From NCBI GenBank assembly GCA_030704615.1, contig CM060733.1, forward strand, positions 24,490,001 through 24,554,000: DNA of 64,000 nt. The letters are read 5' to 3'. The position numbers were made by a program, and so were the translations under genes. The first letter of the stretch is position 1; every line of letters begins with the position of its first letter. Shown piece by piece: positions 37,943 to 50,203 of the stretch. The notes under the pieces were generated by a model that worked only from the letters and a program-made list of their open reading frames with translations, was not told where the DNA came from and made no database searches. This DNA comes from Takakia lepidozioides (Eukaryota > Plantae > Bryophyta).

Positions 37943-40900
37943 TTTTTTTTTTTTTTTTTAATAGATAACAGGGGGATTGTAGCCCTGGAAAATTTATTGA
38001 TTGAAGAAGAGGTAAGGAAACAGAGAGCCAGAAGAGCATCACCACCCTTGAGCCCGAAAAACTCCATGTAACACAAAAGATAGTGTCATCGATTCAGTGC
38101 CTGGGTTCTGTGGCGCGGCAGCCCGACTCGCGCACACCCTTGTCCCTGAAACGCCCACGCCATCCCAGCGCACCTCGCCTACCATTGGCCGGAAAGGAGA
38201 TCTCCGCCAAGATGCTGACAGGCACGCACTTGGTCACGTCGACTTGGATTCAGGGATGTTTTCTGTGCGCAGAATACAATGCTCGGGTTCAGTGCACAGA
38301 ACGATATTCAATGCGAGCTTTTCACGGGATATAGGGGGATATAGGGTTCAGTGCCTGGGTGAGGGACGTTTCCCGCCCACCATACCCTCATGTTCCGTTG
38401 GCGTGTTGGGTTCAGTGTAGGGTGGGGATGCTCTAAGGCAGATTACAGAGGTACCACTCAGAACCAACATAGCAGAAAACAGGGAAGATGAATCTAGACT
38501 AGGTAGGAATCAATTCCTGACAAAATCGAAAACATGGAGAAGTGAGGAGAAAGAAGAGAGCTGAAGTGTCCAAACCACACAGACAATCAATCATATCAAA
38601 CAAGAAGAAGGAGAGCAGAACCTAGGCTGCCAAAACGAACAACCTACATACTGCCCCGTTTCCTCTTAGGACCCTCATAAGTAAGCTGCGTCTTAGATTT
38701 TGCCTTCCTAGAGCCACTATGCTTGTGTCTCCAATTTATTTCTGTGTCTTCATTCTCCAGTGGAGTCTGTTTCGTGCTAGTTGAGCTGCCAATAGGCAGG
38801 GGGGGAAGCCTTCCCACACAATTCTTGTGTCTTCAATTCTCCTGTAGAAAACGAAGTCCTTCCCCCAAGAATCGTCAAACTTGGCAAAGAGTTGGGGTCT
38901 TCGATTGTTGTGACACTTGGTGTCGCGGCCCTTTGCCTTGAGGGCAGGGGGTCAGGTCGCAGAGGGGTTGCCCCTGTGGTGGGGGCGGTGGCAGCAATAG
39001 GTACGGGGGGCTGAAGCAACCTCGAGTGCCCAAAGCACTCGAGGAGGCGGAGGCACTCACTAGGTGGAACCCCGCACACCGGGTTGCGGTGGGGGTGGCT
39101 CCACAAGGGGTGGTGGTAGCTTAGTGGGACTTAGTGGGGGTGGCATAGGACTCACCATGGGGGCGGAGACCTTGTGGTGGGAGTCGTGGGGAGTCTTGGG
39201 ACTCATCACGGTCCAAAAAGACCGTGGTGGGTGGGCCAAGACTCACCGCGACTCATCACCGGGAATCGAGGGTTTTCGTGGTGGTTCGCCATAAAATGGT
39301 GGTGTTGTTTGTGAAACCCCCGCGGATAGTCACAGAAGTATATATAGGGAGTAGTAACCCCGAGAACGGTGCAAGCCCGTTGGTGTCCAAAAACTAGTGA
39401 GTAAGCGTGCGAGCCGGAAAGCGACCAAGGTGTGGGGAGCTATTCCGGACTGCCATCGACCAAAGGGAATTTCCACTAGGCCCAAATTGGGAGAGGGTCT
39501 AGTGGAGGAGTAAAGGGGGACTGTTATGCCCCGGTGAGCAGCCGAAGCTCCGAGTTGGCCCAGTGGCCAGTTTGGGAGTTAGGCGCGCGCATCAAGCGAG
39601 TAACTATGACTTGAAGGGGAGCTTACCGAAGTGAGGTGCTCGACACTTGGTATCAGAGCTTAGAGTTCAGTACGCGATCGTCCTTGGGAACGACCTCATC
39701 ATGGGGTCGGGCAAACCAAAGCGAAAGCGGAACGGCCCGAAAGATGATGATCCTGGTGAGGCCGATGGGGGCGACGTGTCACCGAAGCGGCCATTTGAGG
39801 AAGCGATGCATGCCTTTGTAAGCGAGGCCGCTCAAGGACGGGAGGAATCTGAGGAGTCGGAGGTCGAGGAATCCCTGAGAGCTCCGACAGACCAACAGAT
39901 GCCTCCCATGCCAGCAGCATTTTGGGAAGGGTTGTTGGTGCAGTTTGGTGGGACGTTGAAAAGTGTTAAAAGTGACTAATGCCACTTCCACTAAGGCAAA
40001 GTTTAAGGTGAAGCCTAAAGAACCCGGCACCTTCGAGGGCGTCCGAAATCGGAACACACTCAACATCTAGCTCTTGGAGCTAGAATAGTACTTCCGGGCG
40101 GCCAAGTTGGATGACGATGATCGGGTGGAAGTGGCTCCCACCTATTTGAGGGGCTATGCTCAACAATGGTGGCAGAAACGCCTTCACGACCGAGGTCCAA
40201 ACCCGGAGACCTTGAACTGGAGTGGGTTCAAGGAACTCATGAAGAGACAGTTTGTGCCCCTCAACGCGTCCTGGCTCGCCCGGGACAAGATGAGGAATTT
40301 GAAGCAAACGGATGACATTCGGGGATATGTTCAGGCTTTCAATGTGTTGTTGCTCAAAGTCGCGGACATGGCAGAACCAGAAATGGTCTTCAACTTTGTG
40401 GCAGGACTGGCCCCATGGGCCAGATGGAAGTTGGAGGAGAAGCCACCTAAGACTTTGAACGAGGCAATTGAAATGGCTGAATGTTTCTCGGATGTCCTTA
40501 GGGGCGAAAGACAAGGCCGTACAGAGCTGAACCACAAGAAGGTCCGGCGGGAAGGTGACTCCTTCCGACCGGAAAAGAAGTGGGATAGGCCACGCCGCGA
40601 CAATGACACATGGAAATCGAAGGGAGGGCCCTCACACGTCAAGACGACACCCGGTGCCCGAAAAGGGAAACCAGGTGCGGCGGCTTATGGCGGACAGAAA
40701 GCGACCTTCGATGGAGTGTGCTTTAATTGCGGGTAGCCCGGGCACATGGCCAAGAAGTGTACGAATCCCCGACAATTGAACATGACTCGGGCAACCACGG
40801 AGTTATCTGAAGCCTCCATCAGCCGCTTGGTGGAGGCGGTGGTCACCAAAACTTGCAAGGTAGGCAACTACTCTTGTGAGTTGTATTAAGAAACTGGCGC

Positions 40901-42500
40901 CTTGCGTAAAGGGAGTCAGATAATGTTTGTGAGTGGGATAATCTCCGGAACTAACGTATCGGTGTTGGTGGACACAGGAGCGTCGCACTCCTTCATGACA
41001 CCGGCAACGGCACGGAAGCTGGGACTCCCGACAAGTGATGTGGGGGCCTCGATTGAGGTGCGTTCTGCTAAAGGAGAACCACAATTGGCGACGAGGTTGG
41101 CGTTCGATGTTCCTCTTCAGTTCAGGAGTTGGGAGGGACTTGAGAACTTCACCATTTGCGAGATCGTTGGAGTGGATCTCCTTTTGGGGATGACCTTTTT
41201 GAGCAGATCCGGAGCGGTCATAGATGGCCGCAAAAGAGTAGTCACGCTACCGTGTGGGAATGGTGGCGAAGTTTTACGAGTGTCGAAAACGCCCAACCCC
41301 GTGGGAGGGCGAATAAACCTTCTGTCAGCAAGGGAGTGGGCCGTGGAGGAGCCACACGAGCCCCAATTTTTACTTTACGTAAGACAAGTGAAGAAAAAGG
41401 CGATGGGGAGCCGAGCCCAGATTGGATCAAGGGGATTTTGGAGAAATATCAGGATGTGATGCCGGAGGATTTACCAAGCGGCTTGCCACCGCGAAGAGGA
41501 GTTGACCACAAAATTGAGGTGATACCGGGATCGGAGCCGCCTGCCAAGGCACCCTACCGGTTGAGCCACAGAGAGTTGGTCGAGTTGAAGACTCAGCTCA
41601 AGGATCTAATGTGAAAGGGGTACATCCGGCCGAGTAAGTCACCTTACGGAGCCCCGGTGCTATTTGCAGACAAGAAGGATGGGACGCTAGGATGTGTGTC
41701 GATTACAGGGCTCTGAATAAGGTGACTATCAAAAACCGATACCATTTGCCAAGGATCGATGACCTCTTCGATCGGTTGGCAGGAGCGAAGTATTTCAGCC
41801 GAAGCTTCGAGTTGGCCCGGTGGCCAGTTTGGGAGTTAAGCGCGCGCATCAAGCGAGTAACTATGATTTGAAGGGGAGCTTACCGAAGTGAGGTGCGCGA
41901 CACTTGGAAAGAGCTGCAAGCAAAACAGACCAAGCTTTGCGAGCCTCAAACCGAAGGTCTGAGTGAGCCAGATAAAGAACTTTCTACTCACACGGCCTCT
42001 TTTTCTGATACACCACACAACATCTCATTTTCCAAAGCTGCCAAAGGATTATCCCTCCTAACAGATTCCCACACTGGATAAGTAGAGTGCATTCTTCCAT
42101 TCTTAACATTGAGCAGTAAGACAGAGGGAGATGAATCCAAGTCAGAAGACCAGAAGGAGTATAGACAAAGGGCCTTGTCCCAAATAGCCCGAGCGAAAGG
42201 GTACAGTACCAAGGCAGGTTCCAAGTCTTCATCAGCAACCCGGTTGTAAGAAACACACTGCGAAGGTGAATCTTCAAAGTTAGCTACCACTGGCAAGATT
42301 CTGTTAACCACCTTCCACAGGAAAGCCATTATTTTAGCAGATATGTGTTTTTTCCAGGTGTATCCCCAAACCAGTTTCCACGGCACTGCAGGTCCAGGCA
42401 GATGTTGCCATTTTTTAGACCACTTACGGTCAAAACCATAAGCTCCATAAGCTCTTTGTAAACCGTGTTGAAACCAGATGGTTCTCGCTCATAAATGCTG
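37943..42500 (-). mobile_element. 5'-truncated L1-type LINE (zf-RVT region, 3' UTR, poly(A)), interrupted by a nested gypsy element
   Basis: ORF 41988..42386 reads KIMAFLWKVVNRILPV...DEDLEPALVLYPFARAIW (zf-RVT-like). A minus-strand AATAAA near 37995 precedes a poly(A) seen as a T run at 37943-37959. The 5' end is approximate. Confidence 0.7.
38921..41902 (+). mobile_element. Ty3/gypsy LTR retrotransposon (tRNA-iMet PBS), internally deleted, with 5-bp TSD
   Basis: Ends TGTCGCG...CGCGACA with TSD CTTGG at 38916-38920 and 41903-41907. 5' LTR 38921-39645, PBS TGGTATCAGAGC 39648-39659. Gag has CFNCG*PGHMAKKC, protease has VLVDTGASHSF, and the RT start has [11 protein letters not shown] and RYHLPRIDDLFD. 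The 3' LTR remnant is 41796-41902. Confidence 0.95.
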
Positions 42501-43300
42501 GTACCTACCAAGGTCGGCCACCCGACCACACTGTGCCACCCTGGCTACTACCATGCATATGTACCCCATCACCATGCCCATGCCCGTTAGGCTTTGCCCT
42601 TGTATAAGGCCTACCCACTAACACCCTACCCCCCACCTCACCATCCCCACAATTCACCATTCATTTCATTGAATTCACATTTTGCCACGATCGTTACCCC
42701 AATGACTCGATGTTGGAAAAACGTCAAAAATATGTCCTGCTTATCCTTGCAATCCGACGATATGGCTAGAAAATTGGCCTATTAACCGTCATCACCGCCG
42801 GTACTCGAGGCGGCATTCATAACGCCAGTATCAATGACATACATGATAACTTCAAAATTCCCACTCTTCCCATCCACAAATGCTTCAAAGCAATTCACCT
42901 CACGGCACTCCGTTCACTCACAGCTATTATCACCAACAAACGCCAACTGGAATCCGGCACTTCAAACGCACCCTAGGTCCCCCAGGTACTACAGGCCCCC
43001 CTACTTTCTACGGTCACTTGGTGTCCCATAGGACACCTTTCCTTTTATAGGCCCCACCCCCAAAAGGGGGTTAGTAGCCGCACGGCGAAGTGGCTCTTAC
43101 TTACGCCGGCTTCGGCCGGAGTCTTCTCTCTCTCTCGGTCAAAACCTCTTCTAGGCATCAACAACTTGTACCCCATCATAACCAAATATTTGAACAAGGG
43201 GTCATGTCCCTTATTCATCCATGTTTTTTTGTTTTTTAACCAATTTTTTTTTCTAGAAACATTTTAAAGAACGGGAACTTTATGGGCCCTGCCTTCCTAA

Positions 43301-43704
43301 GAGCATCTCCACGGTGCCACGGCACTTGCCCGAAAATGGCAATCTAACGGCGCGGGGTCCAAAAAAGTAGCGCAGCTTGCTCCACGGTTGGCCCAGCCTG
43401 GTAGAATTGCTGTCGGCCCCGCCTTGAATCTGCCTCCCGCCCGGCACTTTTGCCAATCATACCGGGACCCACCAACCACTATATATTAAATTTGTGAGTT
43501 ATTTGTGAGTTAATGAGATATGATGTCCTCGATCAACGCGCCAAGATTGTGATCGAGCGGCGGGCCTCCTTCGGGGCTATCTCTGCCGGATCTCCTACCG
43601 TCCCAACCGTGGAGTGTCACCTAACTAGTCCTTGTAAAAAATACCGTGTCCATATAACCAGAGTATATAACATTTGACGGGCCGTGCTCATCATGGAGAT
43701 GCTC
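43301..43704. mobile_element. PIF/Harbinger Tourist-like MITE
   Basis: TIRs GAGCATCTCCA...TGGAGATGCTC with TAA duplications at 43298-43300 and 43705-43707. Confidence 0.9.
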
Positions 43705-43973
43705 TAAGGCAGGACTACGCAAAGAGTTCAGATGCTTTAGCACCGATATTTTTTATTACGCTTCCAATTCGATCGAGATAGTTGTCAATAGAATATTCCG
43801 TCCATATTTGTAATGAACGACATGCATGCGTGACAGATAGTGCTGATAGTTGTCAGGTCATGGCCATCATGTGATCACAACAGGGTGTTGGGGTCGGATG
43901 AGAGAGACCGCGCTCGTTAGCATCGACATGGTGGTGTTGACACAAGTAGAGGAAGCACTTCACGGACATGGAT

Positions 43974-44300
43974 TCACACAATGTGTCCCAGAAGCACCCC
44001 TGAGTTCACACAGAAAGTACACTTCTCTGGATTCAGGCCCAGACATCTCATCCTGCATCTGGCCAGACATAACTCCAATTTATGCAAGTGCTCATTCTTA
44101 GAGCTGTACACACTGAAATCATCCAAGAACACCTGCATGAAATCATCCAGATACTCATGAAAAGATTCACTTATTACTCTCTGAAAGGTTGCTGGTGCAT
44201 TACAAAGTCCAAAGGGCATGACTTTGTATGCATAAGCACCCCAGTTTGTGATGAAAGCTGTCTTTCCTTGATCTTCTTCTGCCACTTGCACTTGATTATG
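43974..44300 (-). mobile_element. Ty3/gypsy reverse transcriptase fragment
   Basis: DQGKTAFITNWGAYAYKVMPFGLCNAPATFQR...FLDDFSVY...LNPEKCTF...LLGHIV. Confidence 0.9.
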
Positions 44301-44824
44301 CTCCACAGCAGACGTCCATGAAAGGAAACACAAAAGCCAGAGAGGGATTGCGCACCACGTGCACTTCAAGTGTCCTACTCCATATTTTGCAAAAACAAGT
44401 GTTCCTGACTGTTCACCATGAACTTCGTCCCTCTTCTTCAACAGCACTTGAACACCTTCAGCTGAACTATCATGATATGGGTTTAGCCACAGATGTAGCA
44501 TCTGCACACTTCCAAAAGGACGAGGTCTGATTGAACAGAACACTTACTGAGTGAAATGCGCGAACCTATTCCAGCTCCAGGGGAGATTGTGACCATGACG
44601 ATTTGAGATAGAAGCTTTGCAGTTGGGACATACCCATATATGCCTAGTTGGGTGATCTGCACAAGTCAGAGCCATTGCAAGTGAGTTCAGAAGATATGGC
44701 TCCCAATGTTCCAGATGTAGACCACCAGTGCCATGAAAGGCAGTCGTTCTCTACAAGTAAAAACATTGCAAAGCAGATGCATACTTTCAACCAACACGTT
44801 CCCTTCTAAATTACCAGATTACCA

Positions 44825-45245
44825 AGCTTTCCAGATCTCCTCTAGAAAGCCTTTCACACAAGCATCAATATGTTGTGTGTGAGCTACCCAGCAATTAGAC
44901 CCCAACTGGGTCAAGGCTTTAGGCTGAGCCTCGAGATTTTGAAAGCTGGTGAATAGGTGCAGATACTATGTTCTTGATGGTCCTGAAGAGGATTGCTCTC
45001 TGATGGGAATACCCCGGACATTGTCAGAAAATGGATATTGTCTTCAGGTCGCCCACACATCAGGCATTGACAATCTCCCTTTCTTCTCTGCATCTGTTTA
45101 TTGTTCAAAAATAGAGCCCCCACCTTGAGTTTAACTTTCAGTCTAGTGCTGGGGGTAGGTAGGCCTTTCGGATGATCCTTAAGGTCATCCCTCATGTCAC
45201 AAACTGGAAACAAGTTGAGGAGAAGTTTTATGCCTAACTTTGTTA
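44825..45245 (-). mobile_element. RTEX-like LINE 3' fragment, copy 2
   Basis: FPVCDMRDDLKDHPKGLPTPSTRLKVKLKVG...CQCLMCGRPEDNIHFL. Confidence 0.75.
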
Positions 45246-45287
45246 AGAGAGAGAGAGTTTGTTGTTGTCAGCTGGATCATGGACCAG

Positions 45288-46120
45288 ATTTTCCTTGGCA
45301 AGTGCAGTGTGTTGGTGGGAGGAATCGTAGGGAGTCGTATCTTCACATCATCGGGTGTGGTGCTATTGAATGCGGGAAGTGTACAGCTGGGGTTTTTGGC
45401 GTGGGTGACTGTTGGAGCTGTGGCGATTTGTGGCTCCCTCATTTATGCAGAGCTTGGATCCGCCATACCTCTAGCTGGTGGGAGTGTCGCGTATTTTGAG
45501 GTGTTTTCTGCAACCCTTTGCATTCTAGAGCTCTATTTGAGTGATTCATTTCATTCTCTTTTTGAGCGGTTCTGTGGCCACTTATTTCCAAATTGCAAGT
45601 GGCTCAAGTGGACTGCAAGGATTGTTCAATGAATGTACATCTCTATCTCTTTAGATGTCTCATTCTCTATCTTTCCAAGTTTTACGTGCTGAGAATAGCC
45701 ATTGTCTGTAGGTTTCATTGATCCTTTAATCACATCATGTCCTTTCTGCTATAGACTGAAGATGGAGTATAACTCCTCCAGATTAAAGCATTGTGTTCTC
45801 CCCCAATATCAACTAGAGTCTCCCATGAGAGGATAAATCTGTCATGGACCTATGGCGGGCATGTTATAGTAAGCAAGGAACTATCTATGTATCCAAGCTG
45901 CCCACAACCCTCTCTTGTTCTCTCTCCTCCGACCCGCTTCTCTTACAATTATCTTTCAATTGCTTTGGAAAAGCTAAAATTGCATCCATTTCCATCTCCA
46001 TTTGTATACTCATATATGTGCTGATGATACTGGTTCGGCGTTGGCAGATGGCCTTTGGTGAAGCCTGGTCATTTGCATTCATTTGGACTATGTTCTTTGT
46101 TCTCACCAATGGGAGCTTGC
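45288..46120 (+). pseudogene. Two-exon fragment of an APC-superfamily LAT/Mup1-type amino-acid permease
   Basis: Exon 45288-45500 reads LVGGIVGSRIFTSSGVVLLNAGSV...WVTVGAVAICGSLIYAELGSAIPLAGGSVAYFE. A GT-AG intron follows, then an exon from 46048 reading MAFGEAWSFAFIWTMFFV. No further exons were seen. Confidence 0.75.
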
Positions 46121-46131
46121 AGAGGATGGTG

Positions 46132-46299
46132 TCAAGCTGGCGCTCCCAAGTTCAGAGAATTAGAATAAGTGGATGATATCTTTTGGATTGTAATGTTTGG
46201 TCGTTGAGTGAAACCAACGAGTCAAGTTGGCGCTCCCAAGTTCAGAGAATTAGAATAAATGAATGATATCTTTTGGATTGAAATTTTTGGTCGTTGAGT
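46132..46299. repeat. Tandem duplication with a 90-bp period
   Basis: tcaag(c/t)tggcgctcccaagttcagagaattagaataa...ggtcgttgagt occurs twice. Confidence 0.9.
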
Positions 46300-49200
46300 T
46301 CACCGTTGGTTTCAATATGACTTCTTAACCCATTCTATATCACAGAACCTCAACCATTAGATACCTGGCTTCAAACAGGGGGTACCCTGGCTGTACTTGA
46401 GCATTCCTTCTCTCAAAAGACTGGGTATGAAGCCTTGGGAACAGTGTCTTTCCTACTAGGGGCTAGGTTGAGTTGAGGAGGTTCTCTCTCCGACTACACT
46501 TTGCACCTTGTCATTACATGAGCAACCGAGTTTTTGTTTTTTTGACTGGCAAGGTATTTATCCATTCATAACCGCATTGTAGTTCTAGATAATTGTCATG
46601 GGCTTGTTGGTTTGTGTTGTAGTTATGGGCTTTTCATTTAATGACTACCATTGTACAGAATTGGTCGCACATGAAATATATTTGAGTTTTGAGGATAGTG
46701 GAACCACTAAGCCTTGTGGCCCAAGGTCCCTCTGACCCAGCACTGCGTTGGAAACCAAAGGTCTGCAATCTTCAATCTGCTCCCTCCCAATTAGTTCAAT
46801 GAGAGGAATAATAAGGGACCCAAATTCTAGCAGGGACTATTCCTGAAGGTCAAAATAAGGGAGAGGATTGAAGTGGGCAATGGGGAGGGAGAGCACGGGT
46901 GTTGAAATGGGGTATGTGAGGCCACATGTAGAGGCTAACATAGAAGTAGGATACATGAGGCCCTCCTACAAAAGTAGGATGAGGCGATGGAAGGCCACCT
47001 TAAATTGTTAAGCACCATTTTCTGATATAGATGTATGTTAATTAAAGTTGTTAATTTGTTGGTGTGTTAAAAGCCACATTGATACATCTCTATCCTGTGA
47101 CAAATATGCAGGGAGTTCTAAGAGGTTTTCATCAGGCTACCAATCTAATATCGGATAAGTCCCCATGAGCATGTATACTAGTCCACCATAATTAAGGTAC
47201 TCAACTCAAATCCTCCTAACCCTATCTTATCCACCTTCTTTTTCATATGGTGCTTACTTTGGACCCTTTTTCATTTATAGACCTACCTAACTCGACAGGC
47301 GTAATGCTAAAAAAGCTTTGTTTGTATTTGCTCATATGCCACATGGACAGTAGAGACATCAATAAGCAAGATAACCCTATTGTATCCCCTCTGTAAATTT
47401 TCCATAATTTTTTTGTAAGTATAGTTTGTTTCAAGTTCTGCATATTTCATTGTATTTTTTCCATGTTTGTAAAGTTTCGATGTTTTGGTGATCAATAGCT
47501 TGTACGACCGTACGTTCATGTATTGATCGTGAATACTCTTGAACAATCAGCTATCAGCAATAAGCAATCAGTAAGGGTCACTTGGTATTTACTGAAGTGA
47601 CAAAGATTAGCTTACATTAAGCGATTGCATTGTTTGATGATAAACAAATTCTTTGTTTGTCTCACACAAGTGCATGGAATGATTAGAACATAATGCATCG
47701 TTGGTTATCTAAGCTAATTCTATTATAGACCTTGAGTATAAATAAGAAGAGCTCGAAAAGGAACAACTTGTTGTATTTTTATGGTTGGGTGGCTTGCATG
47801 CATTTGCATTTGATCCGCCAAATGTAAATAGACACGGACTACCAGATACAACATTATCTAAAAAAAACTAACATTTGTTCTTCTTAGCTCATTTTCAAGT
47901 CTACAATCTCCATGTAGATGATAACGTACGTGAAGTAAAACACAAACTAGAAACAATACACTAAATTTACATCATCTATATTATACAAATCTAATCGTAC
48001 AATCATTAAATATTTATTCAACGCACATCCACTATTGAGACATTATGAACAAGTATAAATCTACGATCATCATTTTACAACCGATTTGTAACTACAATAA
48101 GGCAGGGCTTGCATGTATTCCATGCGTTTTGTTGATAAGAGCAAAGAATGCAGCCTTACATTATTTGCATTATTAAAGGGAAAAAAAATTAAAACCCTTG
48201 AGAGCCAGCCATAAGGCATGCCCCACGGAAGACCGTGCACAATAACTGATGAACTCTGGTCACGAAATATCATCTACGATGATCGGGAAGAAACGAGGAA
48301 CCAAACCCTACTACCAGAGCCCGGAGGGATGCAGAGAGTAGGCAAATAGAATGAAAGGACGGAAAGACCTGTTAGAGAGGATCGAAGGAGGAAGACCAAG
48401 TGAGAGAGGATTCAGGGGGAGAAGGGAGGAGAGACGAGAAAGGAGGGCAGGAGATAGAGCTAAGGAATGAGATATCAATCAGCAGAGACCTCTCAGAAGA
48501 AGAACTATCTGTGGAAGCTGCCTTGTAGCTGAAGAGGACCTGATGTGCATCCAATTGATGTCTGATCTATCAGATCTCTCAAATTTCGGGGAGGCCGAAG
48601 AGGCTGGCTTTGTGGCCCTGCCACGGGGAGGGAATTGTTCTGCCCACACACAGGAGAGGTCATCAGTGCAGCTACAAAGGACCCATGCTTCCCCCGTTGA
48701 TCGGAAGGCAAAGAGGAGGGCATACTGGCGTTCTGGTCTCCTGACAACCTCTGCACACAACAAACCTCAAGCTTTCTTAGCTACCACAGCTAAGGAATCC
48801 GCATGGATTGAGAGCGAGGAAATTTGGGCGTCCGTAGTTCGCGGTGGGAAACGTCCAACGGCCTCTTCGTCTCTCTCATCTATGCATCGAATGCTGATCA
48901 ACAACAAGCTCAACTTTGGATCAGTGAGGCCTTCAGAATTGGTTATGGGGGTGTCACAAGGAAATACAGACTATTACTCAGATTCCACCTACCTCCCAAG
49001 CTTCCTCGCTTAATTTTAACATCACCCTTTACCACATCCAGTGACAGATTCCTTTAACTTCATCTCACCATCCCCGTTCCTTCATCCTTACAAGCCTCCG
49101 CATAAAAATCAAGGCTTCCGCAACGCGGCCGCGCCCCATTGCCCTTCCATCGACACCATTCCTTACCAAGTCGCCATTTATTAATGGTTTTCAGCCCATC

Positions 49201-50094
49201 ACCGAAATCTTCTGCCACCTTAAACTCCGTTGGCTGCAGTTACCACCAATTTTTCACTAGACAGCCCCTGGTCTCTTCTCACTGCTCACTCGCACTAAGT
49301 CTCTCATTTATTTCCGGCAAGTTGTCTTGAAGCTTCTTTGCTTCCCGTACGTGATTCTTTCACCTTCAAATGGGTCCCATCTATAGCATTCAGAACAGGT
49401 CCAAAGGCTAGGTTTGGAATAGTATTGACCGAGGCTTCAACATACCTTCTTCAAGCATCGGGTTCTTCCTGCTGCATCAGGCCCAAACGCTGTCAGGTAG
49501 CATTATGGGGAAAGCAAAGGCTCCGTCCCTACCTCCACCTCCTCCGTCATTGGCTTTTCGGCACATCTCCCCTCCCTCGCGTCATCTCTTTCAAGACAAG
49601 AAGGAAGATCCAGGCTCACCACTTGATCATTTCGGTGGCACTCCTCGCTCGACCCCTGACAGGACGGAGGAACTGCAGGACCTCATAGAGATATATAGGC
49701 TGCCATGAATCAAGACTATACACTTATTTCAATGGACATTCCTGGAATCAATAGAAGAGTCGTCAGCATGGAAGAAATAGGCATCTTGGTTCACTTCCCT
49801 GGCAAAAAGGTGGACATGGCCTTTGTTCGGGATCGGCTGTAAGGTACTTGGGTAGGCCATGGGAACTCATACAACATTTTTGTCATGCAAAGGGGAGAGG
49901 ATTTCTCTCCATTGCCTTTTAAGGGAACTTGCTCAAGGGAAAGCGTCACGAGTTGCGGGGATGGGGGAGGTAGGGGCCATGGAGGGGATAATAATCATGG
50001 TGCTAGAGGTGGGAAAAAAAAGAAAGAAAAAAAGGTGGACGCGTTGCTGAAGCAAGCCTAACTTATGGTGTCACTTGACCCAGAAGGGCTACTG

Positions 50095-50203
50095 CCTTCC
50101 GGTAGGAAGGTGGACACCTTTGTAACAACCAACAAGGTGGTTTGAACCCACAACCACTTGTAAGAGGGTATATGCCCTTACCGCTGGGCTACATGTTGGT
50201 TGT
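50095..50203 (-). mobile_element. tRNA-derived SINE, family A, copy 2
   Basis: Reverse complement reads acaaccaacatgtagcccagcggtaagggcatatacc...gtggttgtgggttcaaaccacc...ggtgtccaccttcc. Confidence 0.75.

Noticed and set aside
39522-41902. Element bounded by two ~120-bp LTRs
   Set aside because: The TSD and the perfect 7-bp terminal inverted repeat place the true 5' end at 38921.
48270-50050. ORFs at 48543-49013 and 49338-49708 as host genes
   Set aside because: Fragmented with no splice-supported model; probably decayed LINE ORF1, but too weak to call.
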